Positions 8,717 through 18,219 are shown, numbered from the stretch's first letter. The stretch: DNA of 64,000 nucleotides from Pseudomonadota bacterium (GCA_040752855.1 JBFMHP010000017.1:81960-145959), one strand, 5' to 3'. The notes: generated from the letters alone by a model not told the origin. Numbers and translations are program-made.

Positions 8717-8968
8717 TACCTGCGCCACAGCAAACCCTCCTCTGACAGCGGGGTCCCTTTCGATCCGACCTTGCCCCGCATCAAGGATAAAGTTACCCTG
8801 CCGCCCCGCAGAAAACGAGGAAGTTTTTAACCTAAAAAACGGGAATATTTCACATTTTTGCGCATTGGTGAACATGAGACATCTCAAAACCGTCGTACCG
8901 AGGTTCGAACCGCCCCGCCCATCGAAATGTCCTGAGGTATATCAACAATCCCGCCCCCTGTCGCGCAA

Positions 8969-8994
8969 AGAAAAAAGGCGGCCCCACGGCCGCC
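8969..8994 (-). terminator. Rho-independent terminator after the lipoprotein gene
   Basis: AAAAAAGGCGGCC-CCAC-GGCCGCC on the plus strand, which reads as a stem followed by T6 on the minus strand. Confidence 0.6.
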
Positions 8995-9021
8995 TTCTTC
9001 CAACGCATCACACCACAGCTT

Positions 9022-9414
9022 TTATCGCATCATGGACTGAATGACCGCTAGCGGATAGGGGGGAGAGCAATAATCGGTGCGGCGTCCGCTACTAGAGATA
9101 AACGAAACGCATGTACTACTTTCGTATTTTACGACCCGAATGGTCTCGTCAGCGAGAATCTTAACGGTGTCCAGCGACTTACAGGCGTGTTGGCGCGCTG
9201 GATCATTGTCCTTAATCTCGTCACACCTTATCAGCCGGTTTCCAGTCGCAACCTCAATAATCTCGATCTCTTGACCATCCTTGAACACCAACGCCACGGG
9301 TGACCTTGTATCATGAATCGCACGCTCCAGCTTGCCTGCAGCGCAGCCTGATACAGTGACCACCAGCAAAGCGACAACAATCGACATCAAAATTTTTATT
9401 TTATTCAAAGACAT
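9022..9414 (-). CDS. Small lipoprotein, 130 aa (signal peptide plus lipobox VSGC); AT-rich gene
   Basis: MSLNKIKILMSIVVALLVVTVSGCAAGK. A GGAGGAG Shine-Dalgarno precedes the start. GC is ~48% by eye against ~65% in surrounding genes. Confidence 0.65.
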   Translation of the reverse strand: MSLNKIKILMSIVVALLVVTVSGCAAGKLERAIHDTRSPVALVFKDGQEIEIIEVATGNRLIRCDEIKDNDPARQHACKSLDTVKILADETIRVVKYESSTCVSFISSSGRRTDYCSPPYPLAVIQSMMR

Positions 9415-9575
9415 TTTATTAGCTCCTCCAGTTAAGAAAAATATATCCGCCGTTATAGCATCAGCGCGTACCCACTACTTCAGAAACAACCAAAAAAAAC
9501 ACTTCACCCACCTCTATCCATGGCAGCTGCCACAGCGCCCATCGCACCACATCACGACAAAACATGCTGGCGAAT

Positions 9576-12500
9576 CTAGAAACGCCATTCGACAGTCAAA
9601 TAATACGATCGTTTTGGGCTATACGGTGACTGCCGTTTTTCGTGACTTACAAAGTTGGTGCTTTGGAAACTAAAATTCTGATCGAAAAGGTTCTTGACCA
9701 TAAGCTTGAGTTGACCTCGACCGTGGGCCAGTAGATATCCAAGCGAGGCATCCGCAATCCAGAAATCGTCCTTATCTTCGTCAAGACCTGTCGCCGAACC
9801 AAAAGCCACATCTTGCTTTACGTAAGTCGCGACAAGATTGGCACTGAATCCTGTCGGATGAAAATAAGCCACATTCAACGGCAAGGAACGTGTGGTCAAA
9901 AGAAATGGAATATCCGGATTGATAGTCGTAAGGTCTGTTATCCGCGAGAAATCTTCATAATAATAACTCGCACCAGCGACTACTCTTTTCGTAGGCAAAA
10001 AGTCGATGTATACCCGATGGAAGCGCTCATCCTGCTTCTCGTCCTCCAGGCCCGCCGCTGTGTATACAAAGGCGGTCAAGTCGCGGCGGGTCAATTCCAC
10101 TCCCATGAATAAGCCCGGCGAAACCGTATAATCGAACGCAACGCCATAGCGTTTCGCGTCGGCGCCAAGCGTATCCTCGAAAAACTGATTAAACCCAGTT
10201 ACCTGAACAGGCTCAATGGTTTGCTTTGACAACATCTTTCTGGCCAGCGTTCTAAACGCTGCCATGCGCAGCGTGGCGCGCTCGCTTGGTCGCAACTGTA
10301 ATCCAAGTTTTGGATTGAACTGGCCATGATCTACACCGTTTTTCTCATCGATCACATCGTAGCTCAGACCAAGGGTTAACATATCCTTCTTCGCGTTAAA
10401 TACCTGGGCATAAAAATAGGTATTTGATTGGTCAATATCGCGATCCTGCTTGGTCATCTCATAAAATAACGGACGAAAATCTATGGTCTCAGCGCTTTCG
10501 ACACTCGCCTGGAGATAGCCAACGCCGAAGGTTGTTCTTACCTGATCACCTGCGAACATATGCTGACCTTCGGCCTGCATACCTGCAAGTTGCTCGTCAC
10601 TCGAGAATGTCCCTCGACGCAGGCTCTCCTCAAAATCGTCAGCCGTGACTAAAAAGGCAAGATCGTGCGTCGCGGTCGGCTTATAGTGCATACCAAGGCG
10701 AACCGCCTGGTCCTCCAGCTCGCGCCGCTCGGAGGTACTGAAATCTTCAGGATTGAAACGCAGCTCGAGGTCCCCTGACTCTGATTTCCGGCTGTACGCG
10801 TCTAACTGAACACTCAGATTTGGAGATATGGCATACTGCGAAAAAAGGTTGTAAATATCGTGTTTCAGATCATTATTTTCCCTGAAACCTTCGGTCTGAT
10901 AGTGATACTGGCCTATGCTGTACGACAGGCGGTCGTGCAGCCCGGACAAAACGAGCTCGTCACCTCGGGTACTATCACTACCAAGGACGGCGGCCGCATC
11001 AACGCGCATCCCATTACGACTGAACAGCGAATTGTATTCGTTGTACGAAGCTGTCGCGGGACCCGTTCCATCCACAAGATAAAGAGAGCTTGCCGTAAGC
11101 TGGGGACTCACCGGAATTAAGTTCAGCGGTTGAAGAAGCCGGGCTTGCAACAATTCGCTTTGTCGCGCCACCTCGTGGCGTGGCAATCCAGTATAACTTT
11201 CAGACAAAAACAGATGCGGAGCATGGTTACTGGAATCTTGAGCCAAAGAATTCCATGCCTCCACTAATGCGCGCTCGTCCAAACCAAGGCTCTGATATAT
11301 CTGCGCCAGGTCGGCGCTGCGCGCGGCAGCATCCTCGTCCAACAACAGGCGCGAGCGATACACCGCGCGGTTATCATTGAGCTTGCTGGCCTGCTGCAAA
11401 TCCTCGAGCGCTTCTACGGGGCGGTTTTCGCTGTGCTTGCGGATCGCGTCATAGTACCAGGGCGTAGGGTCTTTGGGATCCAGTTCCTGGGCCATGGCGA
11501 ATTGATCGGCCGCCAAGGGATGGCGCTTTTCCTCGTAATAGGCCTTGCCGAGATAGCTGCGGATCAGGGCATCGCCTGGATCGAGGCTGGCGGCATATTC
11601 GATCTGGCGGCGGCCGGATTCGAGTTCGCCGCGGCGGATCATGGCCAGTCCCAGGCCCTGGCGCGGAAGGGGATCGGCCTGGCTTTGCTGGATGGCGCGC
11701 TGGAATGCCTGCTCGGCTTTGTCGAGATCAATACGTGTGAGATACACGAAGCCCAGCACGGTCTGGGCGCGCGCAACATCGGGAGAGAGCGCAGCGGCGC
11801 GCTGCGCGGCCTGCAACGCGGCATCATGCTCACCGAACATCAGATGCAATTCCGCCAGCCTGGACCAGGCCATGGCGCTCTGCGGATGTGATTGGACGGC
11901 ATGCGTGACACGCGCGCGCGCCGCTTCAAGATCAAACATCGCCTGCTTGGCGTAGGAATCCGCGAGCAGCGCCGCCAGCGCGTCGGGGCTGGCCTTCACG
12001 GCCTGTTCGGCCAGCGTCTGCGCGACGGCGGTTTCATTGTGCACCAGCGCGATGATGGATTTGAGGGCCAACGCTTCGCCATTGCCCGCGTCCTGTTGCA
12101 AGGCGAGATCGAGATCGGCGTCGGCGGCATCGGCCCGGCCCGCGGCGAGATACAAGCCGGCGCGATAGGTGAGTACTCGGCTGCCGGCCAGCTCGGCCGG
12201 CAATGCCTCCATCTCCGCCAATGCCGCCGCTGCATTCCCTTGCCGATATCGTTCGACGGCGTTCGCAATCCGCGCATCCCAAGGTTCTGGCAGCACGCCG
12301 ATGTCTTGCACCGTAAAATCGATGACAGGCGGATAGTACAATGCCCAGCTCACCGCATCCCACGGTTTTACCTGAGCGCGCAGCACCGGCGCCTGCCCGG
12401 CGCCCGCCACCGCGGCGGCCCCGCTCGTCAACATCAGTTCGCCCTGATCATTCTTGGCGCGCACCCTGCCTTCGAGCACGGTGACCTCGGCCTGTGTCTC

Positions 12501-13001
12501 TTCCACGGCCACGATGAACTCCGTGCCTTCGACGGCGGCGTTGACATAGGGGGTGATGACTTCGAAGCGTTGCCGGATGCGGCTGATGAAATGGGCGATG
12601 CCCTGTTTGAGGTCCAGCCAGCTCGCCTGGTCTGGCGACAATCCGGTAAACGTGACTGTGGCGCGCTCGCTCAGACGCATGATCGAATTGTTGTTCAGAT
12701 GTAAGGCGGCCCGGCTGTTGGCCTGGGTGCGCACCATGTCGCCGTGACAGTAGACATTCCCGGCAACGGCTGGCACCCAGAGGGTTGAGGATTGCGCGCG
12801 CACCTCCACCACGCCTTCGATGGCGACGAGGGTGGCGACCGGCTCGGCGCAGTCTTCCGCCACGGCATGCGCTGAAATCCAGAACGATAAGACCGTGCTC
12901 AAGCCGAGAGCACGCATCATGATTGGATACCGAGACAAGTTCATCATTCGTTCCGTCTGTATTATGGCCGCGTCATTTGCCACGGTGCCGGGCGACCCCA
13001 C
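9576..13001 (-). CDS. Giant envelope protein: signal peptide, FecR domain, TPR repeats, C-terminal outer-membrane beta-barrel
   Basis: 1141-aa ORF. The signal peptide MMRALGLSTVLSFWISAHAVA is present, so the likely start is ~12929. A FecR-like block (VATLVAIEGVVEVRAQSSTLW...TVTF) is followed by multiple TPR-like Ala/Leu-rich repeats. The C-terminal ~450 aa have alternating amphipathic beta-strand character and end in YYLTVEWRF with a terminal aromatic, which is an outer-membrane-protein signature. Confidence 0.75.
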   Translation of the reverse strand: MGSPGTVANDAAIIQTERMMNLSRYPIMMRALGLSTVLSFWISAHAVAEDCAEPVATLVAIEGVVEVRAQSSTLWVPAVAGNVYCHGDMVRTQANSRAALHLNNNSIMRLSERATVTFTGLSPDQASWLDLKQGIAHFISRIRQRFEVITPYVNAAVEGTEFIVAVEETQAEVTVLEGRVRAKNDQGELMLTSGAAAVAGAGQAPVLRAQVKPWDAVSWALYYPPVIDFTVQDIGVLPEPWDARIANAVERYRQGNAAAALAEMEALPAELAGSRVLTYRAGLYLAAGRADAADADLDLALQQDAGNGEALALKSIIALVHNETAVAQTLAEQAVKASPDALAALLADSYAKQAMFDLEAARARVTHAVQSHPQSAMAWSRLAELHLMFGEHDAALQAAQRAAALSPDVARAQTVLGFVYLTRIDLDKAEQAFQRAIQQSQADPLPRQGLGLAMIRRGELESGRRQIEYAASLDPGDALIRSYLGKAYYEEKRHPLAADQFAMAQELDPKDPTPWYYDAIRKHSENRPVEALEDLQQASKLNDNRAVYRSRLLLDEDAAARSADLAQIYQSLGLDERALVEAWNSLAQDSSNHAPHLFLSESYTGLPRHEVARQSELLQARLLQPLNLIPVSPQLTASSLYLVDGTGPATASYNEYNSLFSRNGMRVDAAAVLGSDSTRGDELVLSGLHDRLSYSIGQYHYQTEGFRENNDLKHDIYNLFSQYAISPNLSVQLDAYSRKSESGDLELRFNPEDFSTSERRELEDQAVRLGMHYKPTATHDLAFLVTADDFEESLRRGTFSSDEQLAGMQAEGQHMFAGDQVRTTFGVGYLQASVESAETIDFRPLFYEMTKQDRDIDQSNTYFYAQVFNAKKDMLTLGLSYDVIDEKNGVDHGQFNPKLGLQLRPSERATLRMAAFRTLARKMLSKQTIEPVQVTGFNQFFEDTLGADAKRYGVAFDYTVSPGLFMGVELTRRDLTAFVYTAAGLEDEKQDERFHRVYIDFLPTKRVVAGASYYYEDFSRITDLTTINPDIPFLLTTRSLPLNVAYFHPTGFSANLVATYVKQDVAFGSATGLDEDKDDFWIADASLGYLLAHGRGQLKLMVKNLFDQNFSFQSTNFVSHEKRQSPYSPKRSYYLTVEWRF

Positions 13002-13294
13002 TAAACTCTCACCCCTTGGGCACGTACAATCATGCGCGCATTGAGTTCACATGCTCCGCCGAACCAGCGCGAACTCTCCTACCACTTGCGCCGCTGAAAA
13101 TTATCACATTACTGACTCAGTTGAAACCTGTCGCTGCGAATTTTTCCCCGGATCAAAACCCTTCATTTTGTGTTCCGGAAAATGACGGCTCGCGCAGCTA
13201 GGCTGCACTAGTCTCACAGTATCGACTTTGTCTGGATAAGGCAGCACACAAATACCGGCGCATTGTGTGAATATTGAATTGACAACCGCGCTCG

Positions 13295-15514
13295 TTATTT
13301 CTTCGGCACAACGATCACCCCGTCGGCGGGCCACGGGAGATCACCTCGCGCGTGCTGCTCGCAGCGCTGCAAGAAAAAGCGGCTCGGTCCATCATCAGGG
13401 CGCACCGTAAGCGCGCGCTGAAATTCGACCATCGCAGCGCGGCACTCTTGCCGCCGATAGGCATGCAATCCCTGACTGAAATGCCGGCACAATGCACGCT
13501 CACGCTCACCGCAGTGCGCTTCGAGACCGAGCAGTTCGTGAATCACGAGCGGCTGCTGCTTGCCGGCCAGGCGAAACATTCCGAGCTCTCGGCTGACAAA
13601 TCCATCCAGGTCGGCAAGGACTTCGCCGGTCACCAGCAAGGAGGTGCCGAGCTGCTTGTTCAACCCCTCGATGCGCGAGGCGGTGTTCACGATGTCCCCC
13701 ACGGCGCGGTATTCATAGTGATCCAGCGCGCCAATGTTGCCCAGCATGATCTCGCCGGCGTGCAGCCCCAACCGCGTCTGCAGCCGCCCCGCGTCAGCAC
13801 CGGCGTGCAGCGCTTCGAGCGCCGCCATGCACGCCTGCCGCCGCAGTCGGCGCTCGGGCGCGCGCGCCGACCAGATCGCCAGCATCGCATCCCCCACCAC
13901 ATCCGAGATGATGCCGCCGTGCTCGCGCACCGGCTTGAACAAGCATGCGTAATACTCGTTCATGTAGCTGGCGAGTTCTTCCGGCGCGAGGGATTCAGCC
14001 AACCGCGTGTACTGCGCGGCGTCCGTGGCCATGCATACGCCATACATGCGCTCGCTCGGTGCCGCGAGACGGCGCGCATCCCGCGCCAGCTCCTCAACCA
14101 CAGACTCCGGAAGATAATACCCGAAGGCCTGGCGAATCCGCGCACGCTCGCGTTTGAGCTGTTGATGCCGCCAGGCCAGCCCCAAAAATAACGCGAGCGG
14201 CGTTTGCACCAAAACGGGGATGAAAAGCGGCAGCCAGTAGCCATGGCGGGCAAACGCATACAGGCAGATCAAGCCGTAGATTGCACCCATGACGACGCAC
14301 GCGGCGACAAACACCCGCGCGCTTGGCAACATGTTCAGGCTCGCCAGTGCCAGACCAAAGAACACGATCAGCGCGAGATAATCCCACATCTCCGGCATGC
14401 GCAACGATTCCTGCGCCAGGAGATTGGCAAAAGCGGTCGCCGCAATCTCCACTCCGCTCAAATCCAACCCGCTGGACTGCGAGTACACCGTATAAAAGCT
14501 GTCTTTCTGCTCCGGCTGGCGTTCCTCGGAAAATCCGACGAACACCACCTTGTCCTTGAATCGCGTGAGATCCGCCTCGGGATCGAGCACCTGATGATAG
14601 GGCACCGTCGTGATGCTGCGCGGCGGGCCATAGAAATTGAGATAGCGGCGCTCCGGCCCCAGGCAGAGCGCGAGCAACGCTTGGAGACGGGGGCTGGCGC
14701 CGGGCTCGTGCACCAGGCCCGGTTGCTCGCGCAGTGCGCGCAACAGCTCCTGCCCCAACGCGGGGTGTTGCCTGAAGAATTCACGCAACTGCGCGAGCCG
14801 ACCTTTGATATCCGGGTCCGCGCGCACGGCCTGCCACCGGGCAGTGTGTTGCGGATACCGTTCCTGCAACAGCTCGAACAGCCGCGGCTGATCCTGCTTT
14901 GCGTAGAGCGCCAAGGCAACAGCCGGCATGGTCGGCACATCGCCGGCGGCGGCTTGAAAGGTCCAGAATTGATTGACCTTCACCGGCACCTTGGGCAAGG
15001 CAAAGGGCGCGGCCGCCGCCGCGGCATCATGAATGACGGGCAGCGGCGGCACGACGCGCTCCAGATTGTAGGCGCCGCCGGGGATCGATTGGACCTCGCG
15101 CTCGAGTTTGGCGAACACGACCACGTTGCCGGCGCTGCGCATCGACCGGGCCAGCCGCGCAGTCTCCTCGCCGTCGCGCGGCCGGTGAAAAAACATGTCG
15201 AAGACGATGACGGAGGCGCCCGCCTCGGAGAGCCGATCGATCAAGCGCGCATGGTATTCGCGCGGCCAGACCTCGCCGTCCTCGGCCATGCCGAGCTGCT
15301 CCGCGGCGGTCTTGTCGATTGAAACCAGCATCACTTGTTCGGGCGGCGCGCGCTGCCCGCGCTGTTTGAACAGCACATCCAAGGCGATATTTTCTTCCAA
15401 GGCAAAACCGCCGGGCAGTGCGTAAACGATTAGTCCGGTCAGGGCAAGCAGCAGTCCGAAACCGAGCGTCAGCGCCGCGCGCGCTTTGATATTCCAGTAC
15501 GCCGGCCTACGCAT
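13295..15514 (-). CDS. CHASE2-domain membrane adenylate/guanylate cyclase (class III)
   Basis: 739 aa: N-terminal TM, periplasmic CHASE2-like region, three TMs, then a cyclase homology domain (FADVVGFT-like region, GDAMLAIW, LGLHAGEIMLGNIG, IVNTASRIEG). Confidence 0.85.
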   Translation of the reverse strand: MRRPAYWNIKARAALTLGFGLLLALTGLIVYALPGGFALEENIALDVLFKQRGQRAPPEQVMLVSIDKTAAEQLGMAEDGEVWPREYHARLIDRLSEAGASVIVFDMFFHRPRDGEETARLARSMRSAGNVVVFAKLEREVQSIPGGAYNLERVVPPLPVIHDAAAAAAPFALPKVPVKVNQFWTFQAAAGDVPTMPAVALALYAKQDQPRLFELLQERYPQHTARWQAVRADPDIKGRLAQLREFFRQHPALGQELLRALREQPGLVHEPGASPRLQALLALCLGPERRYLNFYGPPRSITTVPYHQVLDPEADLTRFKDKVVFVGFSEERQPEQKDSFYTVYSQSSGLDLSGVEIAATAFANLLAQESLRMPEMWDYLALIVFFGLALASLNMLPSARVFVAACVVMGAIYGLICLYAFARHGYWLPLFIPVLVQTPLALFLGLAWRHQQLKRERARIRQAFGYYLPESVVEELARDARRLAAPSERMYGVCMATDAAQYTRLAESLAPEELASYMNEYYACLFKPVREHGGIISDVVGDAMLAIWSARAPERRLRRQACMAALEALHAGADAGRLQTRLGLHAGEIMLGNIGALDHYEYRAVGDIVNTASRIEGLNKQLGTSLLVTGEVLADLDGFVSRELGMFRLAGKQQPLVIHELLGLEAHCGERERALCRHFSQGLHAYRRQECRAAMVEFQRALTVRPDDGPSRFFLQRCEQHARGDLPWPADGVIVVPKK

Positions 15515-15702
15515 GGGCTTGGTGTTCTTCTCTTGATCGGCTTGGCAAACACATGTGCGGACGACAGCCCTCTACACGGGGAGTTCATTACCAGATTGGA
15601 TCGACTATAATTAACCGCGGGCGACACATCCAGTTGAATGAATCCCTTCCCGATGTGTTCCGCGCCCCGAAGAACAGACGACACCACTAGCGATGAGCCA
15701 TC

Positions 15703-16347
15703 ATGATAGCGAACATCCCGTTGTTTTCCGGCCTGAATGAATCGGAGCTGGCGCAAGTCAGCCAACATGCCGTCACACGCACCTATCCCAAGAGCACCGT
15801 GATCATCAACGAAGGCGATACCGCCGAATCGCTGTATGTGATCCTCAAAGGCAAGGTGAAGGTCTTCCTCACCGATGAAACCGGCAAGGAGGTCGTCATC
15901 AACAGCCAAGGGCCAGGGGAGTATTTCGGCGAGGTCGCGCTCATCGACGACGCCCAGCGCTCCGCCTCGGTGATGACGCTGGAACCCTCAAGCTTTTCGG
16001 TGATCTCCAAACATTCCTTCCGCGAGCTGCTGTCGAAGAATCCCAACATCGCGCTCAGCGTCATCCGGGACCTCACCCAGCGAGTACGGGTACTCACCGA
16101 GAACGTAAAAAGCCTCGCCCTGCTCGATGTCTATGGGCGCGTGGCCAAAACCCTGCTCAGCATGGCCTCGGAGCAGGACGGGCGGCTGCTTATCGAGGAA
16201 AAACTCACCCAGCAGGACATCGCCAACCGCGTCGGGGCCTCCCGCGAGATGGTCTCGCGCATCCTCAAGGACCTCACCGCCGGCGGGTATATCCAGATGG
16301 AAGACAAGCACATCGTGATCAACGAAAGACTGCCAAAGCATTATTAA
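15703..16347 (+). CDS. crp: Crp/Fnr-family cAMP-receptor-like transcriptional regulator
   Basis: 214 aa. A cNMP-binding domain (YFGEVALID) and a C-terminal helix-turn-helix (GRVAKTLL...TQQDIANRVGASREMVSRILKDL) closely resemble CRP/Vfr. It is divergent from the CHASE2 cyclase. Confidence 0.85.
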   Translation: MIANIPLFSGLNESELAQVSQHAVTRTYPKSTVIINEGDTAESLYVILKGKVKVFLTDETGKEVVINSQGPGEYFGEVALIDDAQRSASVMTLEPSSFSVISKHSFRELLSKNPNIALSVIRDLTQRVRVLTENVKSLALLDVYGRVAKTLLSMASEQDGRLLIEEKLTQQDIANRVGASREMVSRILKDLTAGGYIQMEDKHIVINERLPKHY

Positions 16348-16462
16348 TTCTAGGATTTTTCTCAGCAGCGGGACCTGCGCCCGCCGAGATACCTTGAAAT
16401 TCCCTTTTTAATCATTATTCTTACATCCTGGATACCCCAGAAAACAGCTCAACAAGAGGAAG

Positions 16463-17161
16463 TTGTTCGATATGAATACCAACCACACCATCGCGCGCGA
16501 CGCGAGTAGTACCCTGGCCCTTGAGACCAACAAGGTTCTGCGCAATACCTATCTGCTGCTGTCGATCACGCTGATCTTCAGCGCCATCACCGCTGGCCTC
16601 TCCGTGGCGATCAATCCGCCCTGGTTCACCGGCCTGATCTGTTCCCTCGTCGCCTTGGCGCTCGTTTGGTTCGTGCTGCCGCGCACCGCCAACTCCGCCG
16701 CGGGGCTGGGCGTGGTGTTCGGGATCACCGGCCTGCTCGGCTTTGGTCTTGGCCCCGTGCTCTCCCACTATCTGAGCGTGCCCAACGGCGCGCAGATCGT
16801 GATGCAAGCCATGGGCGCGACCGGCGCGATCTTCGTGGGGCTTTCCGCCTATGTGTTAACCACCAAGAAAGACTTCAGCTTCATGGGCGGCTTCCTGATG
16901 GCCGGGATGATCCTGGCGATCGTCGCCATGCTGGCGCTGCTGGTCGCGGGTCTGTTCGGCTTCCACATGCCGGTGCTGGGCCTGGCGCTCTCCGGCGTGG
17001 TGGCGCTGCTGATGGCCGGTTTCATCCTGTATGACACCAGCCGCATCATCAACGGCGGCGAGACCAACTACATCATGGCCACCGTCGGACTGTACCTGAG
17101 CATCTACAACCTGTTCAGCAGCCTGCTACAGCTGATCGGCGCCACCAGCGGCGACGACTAA
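16463..17161 (+). CDS. yccA: Bax inhibitor-1/YccA family membrane protein (FtsH modulator)
   Basis: 232 aa, 7-TM profile, family-typical C-terminus; an AAGAGGAAG ribosome-binding site precedes the start. Confidence 0.8.
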   Translation: MFDMNTNHTIARDASSTLALETNKVLRNTYLLLSITLIFSAITAGLSVAINPPWFTGLICSLVALALVWFVLPRTANSAAGLGVVFGITGLLGFGLGPVLSHYLSVPNGAQIVMQAMGATGAIFVGLSAYVLTTKKDFSFMGGFLMAGMILAIVAMLALLVAGLFGFHMPVLGLALSGVVALLMAGFILYDTSRIINGGETNYIMATVGLYLSIYNLFSSLLQLIGATSGDD

Positions 17162-17213
17162 CATCCGCCGGCCACTCGCGCTAAGATAAAGCCCCGCCCT
17201 CGGGGCTTTATTT

Positions 17214-18218
17214 TTGAATTCGAATATCACCATGTCTGAACACCCCTTCGCGCAATACGTCCGCATCCTCGGCAAAGGAAAGAAAGGGGCACGCTCGCTC
17301 ACCCAAGAGGAAGCGCGCGAGGCCTTCGGCATGATCCTGCGCGATGAGGTCCGGCCCGAACAGCTCGGCGCCTTCCTGATGCTGCTGCGGGTGAAGGAAG
17401 AGACCGGCGCGGAGATCGCCGGCTTCGTGCAGGCGGTGCGCGACAGCCTCGCGCTGCCGCAGCCGTTGCCCCATGTTGATCTGGACTGGTCGAGCTATGC
17501 GGGCAAGCGCCGCCACCTGCCCTGGTTTCTGCTCGCGGTGCTGGCGCTGGCCGATCGCGGCATCAAGGTCTTCATGCACGGGGCCTGCGGCCACACCGCA
17601 GGTCGCGTCTACACCCGCGAGGCGCTGCGCCATTTCCAATTGCCGGTGGCTACGACATTCGCCGAGGCGCACACGCAACTCGAGCAGCACCATTTCTCTT
17701 TCATGGACCTGAGCGTTCTCTGCCCGAAGCTCCAGGCCATTATGGATCTGCGCTCGGTGTTCGGGCTGCGCTCGCCGGTGCACACCCTTGCCCGCCAGAT
17801 CAATCCGCTCGCGGCGCCGTACTCGATGCAGAGCATCTTCCATCCCGGCTATCAATTCATTCATCAGGAGGCCGAGCGCATCCTCGGTCAGCCGCACATG
17901 GCGGTGATCAAGGGCGACGGCGGTGAAGTGGAGTGCAATCCGGACAGCCCGTGCACCGTCTATACCGTGCACGATGGCGTGACGGACTGCGAAGAGTGGC
18001 CGGCATATTTCGCGGCGCGTCATCTCAAACCCGCAGAACTCGACCTCGAGGATCTGCGCCGCCTCTGGCGCGGAGAGATCGCCGATGAATACGCGCTCGG
18101 CGCCATCCTCATGACCCTGGCGGTGACGCTCAAGACGATGCAGCGCGCCGAAACCCAGAGCGCAGCCTTGGCGCTGGCGCAAGAGGTTTGGGACTCGCGC
18201 AAGCGCGACCGATTCTGA
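17214..18218 (+). CDS. Glycosyl transferase family 3 / anthranilate phosphoribosyltransferase-like protein (YbiB/TrpD2-like)
   Basis: 334 aa with a TrpD-fold-like glycine-rich region (MHGACGHTAG, VIKGDGGEVE). Confidence 0.7.
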   Translation: MNSNITMSEHPFAQYVRILGKGKKGARSLTQEEAREAFGMILRDEVRPEQLGAFLMLLRVKEETGAEIAGFVQAVRDSLALPQPLPHVDLDWSSYAGKRRHLPWFLLAVLALADRGIKVFMHGACGHTAGRVYTREALRHFQLPVATTFAEAHTQLEQHHFSFMDLSVLCPKLQAIMDLRSVFGLRSPVHTLARQINPLAAPYSMQSIFHPGYQFIHQEAERILGQPHMAVIKGDGGEVECNPDSPCTVYTVHDGVTDCEEWPAYFAARHLKPAELDLEDLRRLWRGEIADEYALGAILMTLAVTLKTMQRAETQSAALALAQEVWDSRKRDRF

Positions 18219-18219
18219 C

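Noticed and set aside
3600-9600. Prophage or integrative element with integrase at the tRNA-Ser
   Set aside because: No integrase, recombinase or phage structural motifs and no direct repeat of the tRNA 3' end were seen, and the segment lies on the 5' side of the tRNA. I kept it only as a decayed-island hypothesis.
14204-15322. 372-aa plus-strand ORF
   Set aside because: It is antisense to the CHASE2 cyclase and His/Arg-rich.
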